The notes under the pieces were generated by a model that saw only the letters and a program-made list of their open reading frames with translations, was not told the origin of the DNA and did no database searches. A stretch of 64,000 nt of DNA from Deinococcales bacterium (GTDB lineage: Bacteria > Deinococcota > Deinococci > Deinococcales > JAAFIG01), in NCBI GenBank assembly GCA_031414595.1, contig JANNVX010000064.1:23519-87518 (forward strand). Reading direction: 5' to 3'. This document shows, piece after piece, positions 18,964 through 28,813 of the stretch (its first letter is position 1; each line of letters opens with the position of its first letter). The position numbers were made by a program, and so were the translations under genes.

Positions 18964-19928
18964 ATGTCCAGCGCCATAAAAGCCGTTTCGAGTTCGGCAG
19001 GGGACGCACCCCTCGCCAGCAGCACCAACAACAGAATTCGGGCTTTATGGGCATTCAAAAACGAAGCTGGAATCGCCCCAAGTTGACGCAGTTGCTTCCC
19101 TCCGCCCTCGTAGCCATAAATCGGTAGAATCGCGCCCGTGTGGGTGCGGGTGGCAATCACAATCGGTTTGGTGGCGTGGCGAATAATCGGCACAACATCG
19201 GGTGGAACATTGCCTGTGCCGAGCGCCGCAATCACCACCCCCGAAGCTCGAGAGAGCGCAGCTTCTAAGCCCTCACCGCCCCAACCCGCATAGGCATAGA
19301 CAATTTCGACTCTGGCATCCACATGCTCTATAACTTGTGGGACTCGAGGCTCTGGACGGGCAAAATAGGAAATCATGGCTTGAGCCGACAAAAAATCCAC
19401 TCGCCCAATCGGACCAGGATAACCTCCAAACGCCTCGAGCCGCGTCGTATCGGTTTTGGTGACGGTACGGGCATCAAAAATATCACCCGCAAAAACCACC
19501 AACGCCCCACGGCTTTTGGAACGCGGCTCGAGTGCCACATGTGCGGCTGCCAGAACATTACCGGGTCCATCCCAAGAGGCTTCTTCGGCATGACGCATAC
19601 TGCCAGTTAGAACCACAGGCACAGTCGTATTAAGTGTTAGATGCAAGAAAAAAGCAGTCTCCTCGAGTGTATCCGTGCCATGTGTGACCACAATTCCATC
19701 ATGATTTTGTGCCACTGCCTGAATTAAATCGCGAAGCTCGAGCATGTGCTTTGGGGTGACATGCGGACTGGGCAAATTGAATGGTTGAAACACCGAAATC
19801 TTAAACTGCTCGAGTTGTGGTAAAGCAAGAAGTAAATCCTGCACGGCATTGGCGGGGATTAAAGAACCGCTCGAGTCGGTGCGACTGGCGATTGTGCCAC
19901 CTGTTTGAATGATTGCAAGGCGTTTCAT
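18960..19928 (-). CDS. L-asparaginase
   Basis: TGGTIAS, THGTDTLEET, VLTGSMR. Confidence 0.94.
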   Translation of the reverse strand: MKRLAIIQTGGTIASRTDSSGSLIPANAVQDLLLALPQLEQFKISVFQPFNLPSPHVTPKHMLELRDLIQAVAQNHDGIVVTHGTDTLEETAFFLHLTLNTTVPVVLTGSMRHAEEASWDGPGNVLAAAHVALEPRSKSRGALVVFAGDIFDARTVTKTDTTRLEAFGGYPGPIGRVDFLSAQAMISYFARPEPRVPQVIEHVDARVEIVYAYAGWGGEGLEAALSRASGVVIAALGTGNVPPDVVPIIRHATKPIVIATRTHTGAILPIYGYEGGGKQLRQLGAIPASFLNAHKARILLLVLLARGASPAELETAFMALDI

Positions 19929-19959
19929 GATGCGATTAGCATACGGTACAGTAACCCCA

Positions 19960-21279
19960 ATGCGGCAACTTCCGACTGGTTTTCTAAAACGAATGCAGAG
20001 CCTTTTAGGGACTGAATTTACAGCTTTTCAAAGCGAATTAGGCACAAGTGAACGGCAGTACGCGATTCGTGCCAATGCCCTTAAAATCTCTCGAGAAACC
20101 TTAGCCTTTAAGTTGGGCTTAACCGAAAATGTGCCTTGGTCAGATACAGGTTTGTACGCCACTCGAGAAGCGCGACTTGGCGCTCACCCACTGCACCACG
20201 CTGGGGCATATTACGTCCAAGAACCCAGCGCTCAAGCGGTCGCCTTGGCGCTGGATGTTCAGCCAAATTTGCGGGTCTTAGATTTGTGTGCTGCCCCAGG
20301 CGGTAAAAGCACCCACTTAGCTGCTTTGATGCAAAACCAAGGGGTGTTGGTTTGCAATGAAATCAGTGCCACGAGAGCTAGAGCCTTAAGCGAAAATCTC
20401 GAGCGCTTGGGCTGCATCGGGATTGTGACCAACGAAGAACCCGCCAGACTTGCCCAAAAATGGGGCGCAACCTTTGACCGTGTACTTGTAGACGCGCCAT
20501 GTAGCGGCGAAGGGATGTTTCGTAAGCATAATGCCGCCATAGAAAGCTGGTCAGAAGCGCATGTGGTGACTTGTGCGGTGCGCCAAAACTTAATTCTCGA
20601 GAATGCGGCGGCACTGCTCAACAATGATGGGATACTGGTCTACAGCACCTGTACTTTTGCAGTTGAGGAAAACGAAGATGTCATCACGGCATTTCTCGAG
20701 CAACACCCAGAATTTAGTCTCGAGCCAATACAGGGATTTAAGGCTGGAATCGGTGGTATTGGCTCGAGATTGTATCCACATTTGCTTCGTGGCGAAGGGC
20801 ATTTTCTGGCACGGCTTCGTAAAAATGGGCTTGCTGAGGTGAGCGAGGCATACTATCTTGACCCTACAGTTAAGGACAAAAAACCATTTGCCGAATTTGC
20901 TCGAGAATTTGCAATTCCAGACGGCATTGCTCTCGAGTTTCGTCAAGAGATTCATATGGCACACCCAAACAGCCCGAGTCTCGAGGGAATACGGGCGTTG
21001 CGGGCTGGGATTCCAGTAGCGCACCTCGAGAAAAACCGTCTTGAACCACATCATGCCTTGTCTCGAGTGACAAAAAATTATACCAATACAGTAGAACTCG
21101 AGGATTCAGAAATCATTGCGTACTTACGCGGCGAAACGATAACTCGAGACGGAAAAGCTGGTTGGGTTTTACTCGAGACTGGCGGTTTAGCCCTCAGTTG
21201 GGGTAAACAGGTTGGCAGTGTTATTAAAAATCATTATCCGAAGCATTTACGTGGCAATGCGTTACTACTCGAGGATTGA
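19960..21279 (+). CDS. rsmF: 16S rRNA m5C methyltransferase (RsmF/RsmB-NOP)
   Basis: YVQEPSA, DLCAAPGGKST, DAPCSGEGMF, YSTCTF, C-terminal KNHYPK. Confidence 0.88.
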   Translation: MRQLPTGFLKRMQSLLGTEFTAFQSELGTSERQYAIRANALKISRETLAFKLGLTENVPWSDTGLYATREARLGAHPLHHAGAYYVQEPSAQAVALALDVQPNLRVLDLCAAPGGKSTHLAALMQNQGVLVCNEISATRARALSENLERLGCIGIVTNEEPARLAQKWGATFDRVLVDAPCSGEGMFRKHNAAIESWSEAHVVTCAVRQNLILENAAALLNNDGILVYSTCTFAVEENEDVITAFLEQHPEFSLEPIQGFKAGIGGIGSRLYPHLLRGEGHFLARLRKNGLAEVSEAYYLDPTVKDKKPFAEFAREFAIPDGIALEFRQEIHMAHPNSPSLEGIRALRAGIPVAHLEKNRLEPHHALSRVTKNYTNTVELEDSEIIAYLRGETITRDGKAGWVLLETGGLALSWGKQVGSVIKNHYPKHLRGNALLLED

Positions 21280-21319
21280 ACTCAGTCCACTCGAGGATTG
21301 AACTCAGTCCAAGGATTGA
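21268..21319 (+). repeat. 22-bp tandem repeat starting at CTCGAG
   Basis: ctcgaggattgaactcagtcca x2 plus partial aggattga. Confidence 0.85.
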
Positions 21320-21385
21320 GAAGATAAAACCACCACCTCAAAAATAGCGTAGACTAGCCTTCGATTCACAAATAAGGAGAGGTGT

Positions 21386-22954
21386 ATGCGAAAACGAATA
21401 GGCGCGGTTGCATTACTTGGCATTGGCTTACTAGCAGTCAGCATGGCTCAGAATTCTCGCTCGAGTACCTTGGTGTATGGCGGAGATTTCTCTGACCTGA
21501 TTTCGCTTGACCCCGGAATCAGTTACGAATTTAGCGGTGGTTTAATCACCGACAATTTGTACGAAACCTTGGTCAAATTTGAAGGCGAAGATTTAAGCAC
21601 CTTAAAACCCGGCATTGCGGCTCGTTGGGTAGTTAAAGACGCGGGCAGCACTTGGAAAGTCACCTTTAATCTTGCCAACAAAAAATTCGCTTCGGGTAAT
21701 CCAGTCACGGCTGCCGATGTGGTCTACACTTTTGACCGAGCAATAGCCTTAAAAGGTAACGGTTCGTTTTTGTTTGACGAAGTTGCCAATATGAAAATCG
21801 GTAGCACCAAAGCCCTCGGTCGGTCTACTGTCGAAGTAACTTTGCCAAAAACCGCCAGTCCAGCCGCTTTTTTGAATTTGCTTACCTTTAACATTGGCGG
21901 CATTGTAGACAGCGTTTTGGTCAAATCCAAAGCGGTCGGTAACGATTACGGTTCAGAATGGTTAAAACGCAACTCGGCGGGCTCGGGCGCGTTTGTCTTA
22001 AATCGTTGGGACCAGAATCAGCAAGTGGTCTTGGATGCCAACCCCAACTCGAGCTTAAAAGCCAAATTGAGCCGCGTTATCTTGCGCGAAATGAAAGAAG
22101 CTAACACCCAAAAAATTGCCCTCGAGAGCGGTGAAATTGACATTGCTGAGAATCTAACCCCAGATATGGTCAAAGCCAAAGCCACAGACGCTAAATTTAA
22201 TGTCTACAAAGCCGATAGCTTGCGTTTGCAGTACCTCGGCATGAATACTGGGGCTGGCAGCCAATTTGAGGATGCAAGGGTGCGCCAAGCGGTGCGTTGG
22301 GCGCTTGACCAAGACAGCATGGTTAATGTATTGGCTGGTGGCAACGCCCGTAAAGTCCAAACGATTATTCCTGCCGGTTTATTTGGCTTTAATGCCAGCA
22401 ACCCCTACAGTGTTAATGTCGAAAAAGCCAAGGGGTTACTAGCCGCCGCAGGCAAGCCCAATGGTTTTGAATTTGAAATGCTCGTCCCACAAGGCTCTTG
22501 TGCAGCAGGTGTACCGTGCGCTGATTTAGCCGCCAAAATTCAATCTGACCTTGGAAAAATTGGCTTAAAAGCCAATATCAAACAAATTGTGCAATCCGAG
22601 TTACTTGGTATTTACCGCGCTCAGAAAGCCCAAATGGTCTTAGTTGGTTGGTCTCCGGATTTTCCGGATCCGGACGGCAACGCTACACCAATGTCGGATT
22701 ACGGCGCAAAAAGCCTTGCATGGCGCAATGCTTGGAATAATGCCACCGCCAGCAAACTCGCCCAACAAGCCGCCCTCGAGCCGAACCCAGCCAAACGCGC
22801 TGCGCTCTATAAGCAACTGACCGAACTGCATCTCGAGGAAGGTCCGTTTGCGATTTTGTACCAACCAAAAGTACCCGTTACGTTATCCACCAGCGTCAAA
22901 GGCTATTTACGCAATGCCCAAGGTCAAGTTCGTTTCGAGAAAATTTCTAAGTAA
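21386..22954 (+). CDS. Peptide/nickel ABC transporter substrate-binding protein (family 5)
   Basis: Signal peptide, SLDPG, LYETLVK, TAADVVYTF, RVRQAV, WSPDFPDPD. Confidence 0.93.
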   Translation: MRKRIGAVALLGIGLLAVSMAQNSRSSTLVYGGDFSDLISLDPGISYEFSGGLITDNLYETLVKFEGEDLSTLKPGIAARWVVKDAGSTWKVTFNLANKKFASGNPVTAADVVYTFDRAIALKGNGSFLFDEVANMKIGSTKALGRSTVEVTLPKTASPAAFLNLLTFNIGGIVDSVLVKSKAVGNDYGSEWLKRNSAGSGAFVLNRWDQNQQVVLDANPNSSLKAKLSRVILREMKEANTQKIALESGEIDIAENLTPDMVKAKATDAKFNVYKADSLRLQYLGMNTGAGSQFEDARVRQAVRWALDQDSMVNVLAGGNARKVQTIIPAGLFGFNASNPYSVNVEKAKGLLAAAGKPNGFEFEMLVPQGSCAAGVPCADLAAKIQSDLGKIGLKANIKQIVQSELLGIYRAQKAQMVLVGWSPDFPDPDGNATPMSDYGAKSLAWRNAWNNATASKLAQQAALEPNPAKRAALYKQLTELHLEEGPFAILYQPKVPVTLSTSVKGYLRNAQGQVRFEKISK

Positions 22955-22964
22955 AGCAAAAAAC

Positions 22965-22993
22965 TCGAGGAGCGTATTTAATGCGCTCCTCGA
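22965..22993 (+). terminator. Hairpin after the SBP gene
   Basis: TCGAGGAGCG-tatttaatg-CGCTCCTCGA. Confidence 0.55.
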
Positions 22994-23040
22994 TTCGTAG
23001 GATTTAAGGCGATAAGTCAAGGTCAGCGATGCGCTAAAAC

Positions 23041-23087
23041 TCAAAGCTCATAGCCCATAGCCCATAGCCCATAGCCCAAAGCTCAAA
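23041..23087. repeat. Heptamer tandem repeat (YCAWAGC x6)
   Basis: tcaaagc tcatagc ccatagc ccatagc ccatagc ccaaagc. Confidence 0.8.
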
Positions 23088-23100
23088 AAGAGACCCTAAA

Positions 23101-24108
23101 ATGCTTAATTACACCATCAGAAGATTATTTTTTGTCCTATTCGTGGTTTGGGGCGTTTCCTTAGCCACCTTTTTTATCTCCCAAGTCGTCCCCGGCGACC
23201 CCGCACTGGTTGCGCTTGGCGATAAAGCCACCGATGAAATGATTGCCAATTTTAGAACCAAAAATGGCTTAGACCAACCCGTTGTAACACAGTATTTTAC
23301 TTATGTTGGGCGTTTATTAAAAGGCGACCTCGGCACAAGCCTGCGAACTGGCAGACCAATCCTAGATGATTTACGCGATTTTTTCCCCGGTACACTCGAG
23401 TTATCCGCTACAGCCCTGTTTATTGCAGCGCTGATTGGTATTCCAGCCGGAGTGTTGGCGGCGCTCACCCAAAATAAAGCCCCAGACATTATTGTGCGCT
23501 TATTAGCACTACTGGGCGGGGCAACCCCGATTTACTGGTTGGCGATTTTACTGCTCGAGTTTCTGCACAATAAACTGCGCTTACTGCCCGGACCCGGACG
23601 TTTAGATGCTTACTTAATCGCTCCGCCTCGAGTGACTGGTTTTGTCGGCATAGACGCACTGATTGCTAGAGATTGGGAAGTGTTTTCTGACAGTATTGCC
23701 CATTTAATCTTACCCGCTTTTGTGCTGGGCGCGTTTAGCTCGGCGCTGCTGGCACGCATGACCAGAGCCGCCATGCTTGAAACCATGAGCCAAGATTATA
23801 TTCGCACCGCCAAAGCCAAAGGCATTGCCCAGTCTCGAGTGGTGATAAAACACGCCCTGAGAAATGCTTTTTTGCCTGTCCTGACGGTGCTTGGTGGGGT
23901 GCTTGGCGGTTTATTGTCTGGGGCAGTGCTGACCGAAACCATTTTTAGCTGGCCCGGAGTTGGACGCTACACCACCGATGCCGCCATCAGCCTTGATTTT
24001 CCAGCCGTGATGGGTGTGACTTTACTGGCTGGCATGGCATATTCACTGATTAACTTAGTCACTGATTTACTGTACGCGCTGTTTGACCCAAGGATAACCT
24101 ATGCTTAG
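23101..24108 (+). CDS. Peptide ABC transporter permease (DppB/OppB-like)
   Basis: PGDP, GDLGTS, DYIRTAKAKG, HALRN, ETIFSWPG. Confidence 0.95.
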   Translation: MLNYTIRRLFFVLFVVWGVSLATFFISQVVPGDPALVALGDKATDEMIANFRTKNGLDQPVVTQYFTYVGRLLKGDLGTSLRTGRPILDDLRDFFPGTLELSATALFIAALIGIPAGVLAALTQNKAPDIIVRLLALLGGATPIYWLAILLLEFLHNKLRLLPGPGRLDAYLIAPPRVTGFVGIDALIARDWEVFSDSIAHLILPAFVLGAFSSALLARMTRAAMLETMSQDYIRTAKAKGIAQSRVVIKHALRNAFLPVLTVLGGVLGGLLSGAVLTETIFSWPGVGRYTTDAAISLDFPAVMGVTLLAGMAYSLINLVTDLLYALFDPRITYA

Positions 24109-24961
24109 TGCTGTCGAAGCCCCTAAAAAACAAGCCTCCAAAGCCTCTAAACGCTTTTGGCGCAACCCTGCTTCGATTATCGGGGTGGTGCTGTTGGGTT
24201 TACTATTGCTGATTGCTGTGCTGGCAACCGTTATTTCCCCAGACCCGATTGTTCAAGACTTAGGACAGCGCTTACTCCCGCCCTCGAGCCAACATTTACT
24301 TGGCACAGACCAACTTGGGCGCAGCGTTTGGGGACGGGTGGCACACGGGGCATCGTTGTCCTTACAAGTCGGTGTGGTTGTGACCCTGATTTCTGTGACA
24401 GTTGGTGTGCTTGTTGGCTTGTTGGCTGGAACATTTGGTGGCGTTTGGGACAATGTTTTGATGCGTATCACCGATATTTTCTTTGCTTTCCCCAGTTTAA
24501 TCCTAGCGATGGCAATTGCGGCAGCCCTCGGACCAAGTTTAACCAACACGATTATCGCTGTCGCCATTGTTAGCTGGCCCAGTTACGCCCGACTGGTACG
24601 CGCCCAAGCCATGGCACTGCGCGAACGCGAATTTGTCGAAGCGGCAAGGGCTATCGGCACATCACAAATCAGCATTGCTTTACGCCATGTTTTTCCAAAT
24701 ACCTTGACCCCCGTTTTAATCCAAGCCAGTTTTGATGTCGGACAAGCGATTTTAACTGCCGCAGGGTTATCTTTTATCGGCTTTGGGGCGCAACCACCAA
24801 CCCCAGAATGGGGGGCGATGGTCTCGGAAACCCGCAACTTTATTTCCGAAGCACCTTGGGCAAGCTCTGCCCCTGCAATCGCCATACTACTGGCGGTACT
24901 GGCATTTAATTTGGTTGGTGATGGTCTACGCGACGCACTAGACCCACGCAACACCCGCTAG
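24101..24961 (+). CDS. Peptide ABC transporter permease (DppC/OppC-like)
   Basis: LGTDQLGR, EFVEAARAIG, PPTPEWG, GDGLRDALDP. Confidence 0.95.
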   Translation: MLSAVEAPKKQASKASKRFWRNPASIIGVVLLGLLLLIAVLATVISPDPIVQDLGQRLLPPSSQHLLGTDQLGRSVWGRVAHGASLSLQVGVVVTLISVTVGVLVGLLAGTFGGVWDNVLMRITDIFFAFPSLILAMAIAAALGPSLTNTIIAVAIVSWPSYARLVRAQAMALREREFVEAARAIGTSQISIALRHVFPNTLTPVLIQASFDVGQAILTAAGLSFIGFGAQPPTPEWGAMVSETRNFISEAPWASSAPAIAILLAVLAFNLVGDGLRDALDPRNTR

Positions 24962-25353
24962 GGCAGTACCGCAATCACTTCGACCTCGAGCCGAACTTCT
25001 GGGCTACCGAGGCTGGCGACAATCAAACCCGTGTGCGGTGGGCGATGCAAACCAAAAAACTCGAGCCGAACTTCGGTCACGGCTTTAGAATCTGCACCGT
25101 CCACAAGGTACGTTGTGACTTTAACCACGCTGTCTCGAGGAAACCCAGCCGCCTCGAGAACCACACCAAGATTCTGATACACCTGTTTGGCTTGAGCCGC
25201 CGCGTCAAAAGGCGCAACTAACGCCCCGTTTACATCTCGAGCCACTTGCCCAGCCACATAGAGGGTGTTGCCCGCCCGCATTGCATGGTTGTAGGTGGCA
25301 GGTTGGTAAATGCCTTCTGGTTGGATGAGTTGGTAGAAATCTGATTGAGACAT
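24958..25353 (-). CDS. RidA/YjgF family protein
   Basis: YNHAMRAGNTLYVAGQV, VKVTTYL, LEVEVIA. Confidence 0.92.
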   Translation of the reverse strand: MSQSDFYQLIQPEGIYQPATYNHAMRAGNTLYVAGQVARDVNGALVAPFDAAAQAKQVYQNLGVVLEAAGFPRDSVVKVTTYLVDGADSKAVTEVRLEFFGLHRPPHTGLIVASLGSPEVRLEVEVIAVLP

Positions 25354-25362
25354 GATTGAGTC

Positions 25363-26142
25363 CTAATTTTCTTGTGAGTCTTGACTGATTATTAAATTCA
25401 AGCTGTGTAGCCAATGAACAAATTCATTTATTTTTGTGGCAAGGTTTGTGTCAAAATGAATATTCACATCCAATCGCCCATTGCCCCAATCGGATAATCC
25501 TATAAAACCCTCAATAGCTCGAACATAGACAACAAAATACCCCTCTTTGTGCAAGAAACGCGTCTCAGATATGTTATTCCAATGTTGATGAATTTGTTGA
25601 GCCAGCCAAGTTAAATCCACTGTATGCTCGAGAACAAGTCTTCTGTTTTGGTTATTGCCATATGGGTAAAAAGTCAAAAGTGCTGCAACTTGGGATTCAT
25701 CAAAAGGTTCTTGACGATAGCGCCATCGGTGCAAAGAAAAAAAACTGCCTTCAACCCAAAAGACTTTTTCCGAATGTCTCGGCAGTATGTACAATTGATG
25801 CACTGTGTTTGGTGCGTAAACGATGTAGTCACTATCTATGGTATCAGCAAGAACCACCGAATTAAGTGCGTCTTCCGTAGAAAGAATATCTTGCTGTCCT
25901 TCCCAGAAACGCTCGTAGTAGCCATCAATAATACTTTCGCGGAAATCAAGTTGGGCTTTTGGAAGTTGTTCAGGTGAATAAATGCGAAAGTAATGACAGT
26001 ATTCACCGACCCCAAGCTGGGACATAAATTCTCTATACCCAAGTGGCAATGGGTGTTTTAACCAAGCCTCGAGTTCATCCAAACGTGACTGTTCAACGGT
26101 TTGAAGTTCTTGTGAAACAAGGTAGACATTCTTGAAATCCAT
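25363..26142 (-). CDS. SMI1/KNR4 (SUKH) domain protein
   Basis: LDELEAWLKHPLPLGYREFMSQLG, LADTIDSD; AT-richer than neighbours. Confidence 0.7.
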   Translation of the reverse strand: MDFKNVYLVSQELQTVEQSRLDELEAWLKHPLPLGYREFMSQLGVGEYCHYFRIYSPEQLPKAQLDFRESIIDGYYERFWEGQQDILSTEDALNSVVLADTIDSDYIVYAPNTVHQLYILPRHSEKVFWVEGSFFSLHRWRYRQEPFDESQVAALLTFYPYGNNQNRRLVLEHTVDLTWLAQQIHQHWNNISETRFLHKEGYFVVYVRAIEGFIGLSDWGNGRLDVNIHFDTNLATKINEFVHWLHSLNLIISQDSQEN

Positions 26143-26145
26143 AGG

Positions 26146-27555
26146 CTATAGAATACCCAATTTTCTTAAAGCCTTCGCGCCGCCCTCGAGACTGCTGTGG
26201 TTCATCCCCGCATAATTCGGACTGTAGACAATCCCCTTTGCGCCATTGCTGTACGACGCAAGCACGCTCTGCTCGACAATTTCTGGGGTGCAAATGGCTT
26301 GGCTTGCGCTGGTGCGCGGCGCGTCCACGCCAATGCCCATGTAGACTGGTATTTTGTCTTGCAGGTCTCGCACCGTGTCTCGAGCTTGCCCACCGACATA
26401 GGTCTCTGGGTTCATGCCTGTCTCGAGCAAGCTATCCCACGGAGCTTCTTGTAAACCAAGCAATTTGTACATAATTGGGGTCAGTTCTTGCGGTGTAAAA
26501 TCTCGCAAAATACTTTGATGCCATTCAGTCATTTCTTTTTTGTAAATCCCACCCGACTGATGCTGGTAAGTAATCGGTTTGACCCAATCGGCGTACATGG
26601 TTTGTTCATCCCAAGACCATTGGGCTTTACGAAGCGGATTAAAATGATTGCGATTCCAGACATTTAGCCCAAAACTTAGGGCAGGCTTGCACCACTTAAC
26701 AATGCCGTACAACTCGCGGTCAAGGTCTTTGTTGCGCTCGAGCCAGAAACGCTCCCAAATTAAAATCTCGGGATTTCGCAGCAGCATCCGCAAAAAGCCA
26801 ATGAAAAAACCATCGGAGCAACCGCGCCCGGCTCGAGCCTCTTGGAAAAATGTATAGGCTTCACGGAACGCCAGCAAAACCCGCTCGACATCTATACCGC
26901 GTTCAATCGCTTCGCGTCTGGCGGCTGGACTAAAATCATTGGCGGCGTTCCCTGCAATTAAATTATCCAATGGGCTGCGGCGTTCGTTGCACCACATGAT
27001 GCCGTCAATATCGTAATTTCTGGCGTAATCCTCGAGAACACTGTGCAACCAAGTGCGGTAATGCGGATTGGAGGTGCTGGGTTCAGAACCAATCCGCCCA
27101 AACTGGTCTATCTCGAGGTACTGCGGTAGATTTGGAATCTGCACCGTGTTGCTGCTGCCGTGGTCGGCGTACTTAAAAAGGGGTTCCATGACTTCGGGCA
27201 TGACTTTCATGCCACGTTTGTGTGCCGCCTCTATCACCATCTCGAGGATGTCCATGCCAGCCATGCCGGGGTCGTTGTTGGCAAAATTAGTGATGCTGGT
27301 ATTGCGGTAAAATTCTGGATGATGTTTGATGTACGAGCCGCCACGCATTTGGTCGGGTTCTTGGACACCGTGGTCTGGGAAGCCCTCGAGTTTATGCGAG
27401 ATTCGCCGCCCGACTTTTAAGCCAAGCCAAGAGAGTGTGCCGATTAAAAGCACATTGATTCCGAAACGTTCTTGGAGGGTCTCGAGAAGTGGCTCTACAC
27501 CTTCGTCTAAGAAGCTAATGGGGCTGATTTGAATGCCAACGAATTTATCGGTCAT
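26146..27555 (-). CDS. Uncharacterised glycoside-hydrolase-like TIM-barrel protein
   Basis: AHKRGMKV, NPHYRTWLHSVLEDYARNYDIDGIMW pattern typical of GHL10-like barrels; no signal peptide. Confidence 0.55.
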   Translation of the reverse strand: MTDKFVGIQISPISFLDEGVEPLLETLQERFGINVLLIGTLSWLGLKVGRRISHKLEGFPDHGVQEPDQMRGGSYIKHHPEFYRNTSITNFANNDPGMAGMDILEMVIEAAHKRGMKVMPEVMEPLFKYADHGSSNTVQIPNLPQYLEIDQFGRIGSEPSTSNPHYRTWLHSVLEDYARNYDIDGIMWCNERRSPLDNLIAGNAANDFSPAARREAIERGIDVERVLLAFREAYTFFQEARAGRGCSDGFFIGFLRMLLRNPEILIWERFWLERNKDLDRELYGIVKWCKPALSFGLNVWNRNHFNPLRKAQWSWDEQTMYADWVKPITYQHQSGGIYKKEMTEWHQSILRDFTPQELTPIMYKLLGLQEAPWDSLLETGMNPETYVGGQARDTVRDLQDKIPVYMGIGVDAPRTSASQAICTPEIVEQSVLASYSNGAKGIVYSPNYAGMNHSSLEGGAKALRKLGIL

Positions 27556-27580
27556 GGATTCCCCTTGGGGTCTGTGCAAA

Positions 27581-27603
27581 GGCGAGGCATGCCTCGCCCC
27601 TAC
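27581..27603 (-). repeat. GTAG-type REP-like palindrome
   Basis: Minus strand GTAGGGGCGAGGCATGCCTCGCC; near-identical copy at 34325-34348. Confidence 0.7.
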
Positions 27604-27606
27604 GGA

Positions 27607-28800
27607 TTATAAAAATTGTTTCCAGAATTGCTCGAGTTTGTCTAGGGCAGCATCCATTGTTGGGCGTGGACACATCAGGCTTAGACGCACAAAGCCTTCT
27701 GCACCACTGCCAAAGACCACACCGGGTCCAACCCGAACCGCGTGTTGTTCGATTAAACTCGAGGCGAATTCCATTGAACCCATCTTGGATGCACGAATGT
27801 CTGCCATGATGTAATAACTTCCACTGGTGCGGATAAACGGTAGACCCATACCCTCGAGTCTCGAGATTAAATAGCTTCGGCGTTCGGCATAGGTTTGTAG
27901 GCGTTCCTGCCATGCACTTTGGTCGCCAGTCAGGGCAGCCAGTGCTGCCAGTTGGGTTGGGGTGCTGGTGCTGATTGAGTGCATATGGCGGGTTTCGGTG
28001 GCGACTTGTTTTAACCACATTGGCACAGCCAAATAGCCAACCCGCAAACCAGTCATGCCGTAGGTTTTGGAAAAACCATTAACCGTGATGGTGCGCTCGA
28101 ACATATTGGGTAATCGGGCAAAAGAAAATTGTTCCGCGCCATCGTAAATGTATTTTTCGTAAAGTTCGTCGGACACGACCAAGAAATTGTGCTTCTCGGC
28201 AAGGGCTGCAATCCCCATCATTGTTTCTCGAGTGACCACTGCGCCCGTTGGATTGTCTGGGCTGACCACAATCACCAGTTTGGTGCGTGGCGTAATGGCT
28301 GCCTCGAGCGCGGCTAAGTCCCAAGACCAGCCTGTTTCTGGTTTGACTGGCACAGTCACGGCTTTGCCACCACACAGCGCCACGATGTTGTTATAGGCAC
28401 TGTAGTACGGGTTGGTCAAAATCACTTCGTCATTTGGGTTTAAGAGCGCAGCGCACATCACATAAATCGCTTCTTGCGCCCCTGCCGTGACGATGATGTT
28501 ATCTGCCACGTACTCGAGATGATTTTCCGAGCGTAACTTGGCAGCAATCGCTTCACGCAAAGGCACAATGCCATCATAAGGCGTGTACTGCAAAATGCCG
28601 TTTCGTAAGCCCTCACGCATCGCATCCAACACAAAATCTGGGGTCGGCAAATCTGGTGTGCCAGAGCCGAGATTGACTAAGCCCTTGGCGTTCTGCACGG
28701 CGGCAACCATACGCGGGTTAATCGGGTTGCCAATGGAATGCTCTAAGTTATCCACTGCAACTCGAGACAAGAATTTTGAAAAATTAACCGTCTGTGTCAT
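27607..28800 (-). CDS. PLP-dependent aminotransferase class I/II
   Basis: NLGSGTPD, PDNPTG, SDELY, SKTYGMTGLRVG. Confidence 0.95.
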   Translation of the reverse strand: MTQTVNFSKFLSRVAVDNLEHSIGNPINPRMVAAVQNAKGLVNLGSGTPDLPTPDFVLDAMREGLRNGILQYTPYDGIVPLREAIAAKLRSENHLEYVADNIIVTAGAQEAIYVMCAALLNPNDEVILTNPYYSAYNNIVALCGGKAVTVPVKPETGWSWDLAALEAAITPRTKLVIVVSPDNPTGAVVTRETMMGIAALAEKHNFLVVSDELYEKYIYDGAEQFSFARLPNMFERTITVNGFSKTYGMTGLRVGYLAVPMWLKQVATETRHMHSISTSTPTQLAALAALTGDQSAWQERLQTYAERRSYLISRLEGMGLPFIRTSGSYYIMADIRASKMGSMEFASSLIEQHAVRVGPGVVFGSGAEGFVRLSLMCPRPTMDAALDKLEQFWKQFL

Positions 28801-28813
28801 TTATACCTCCAAT

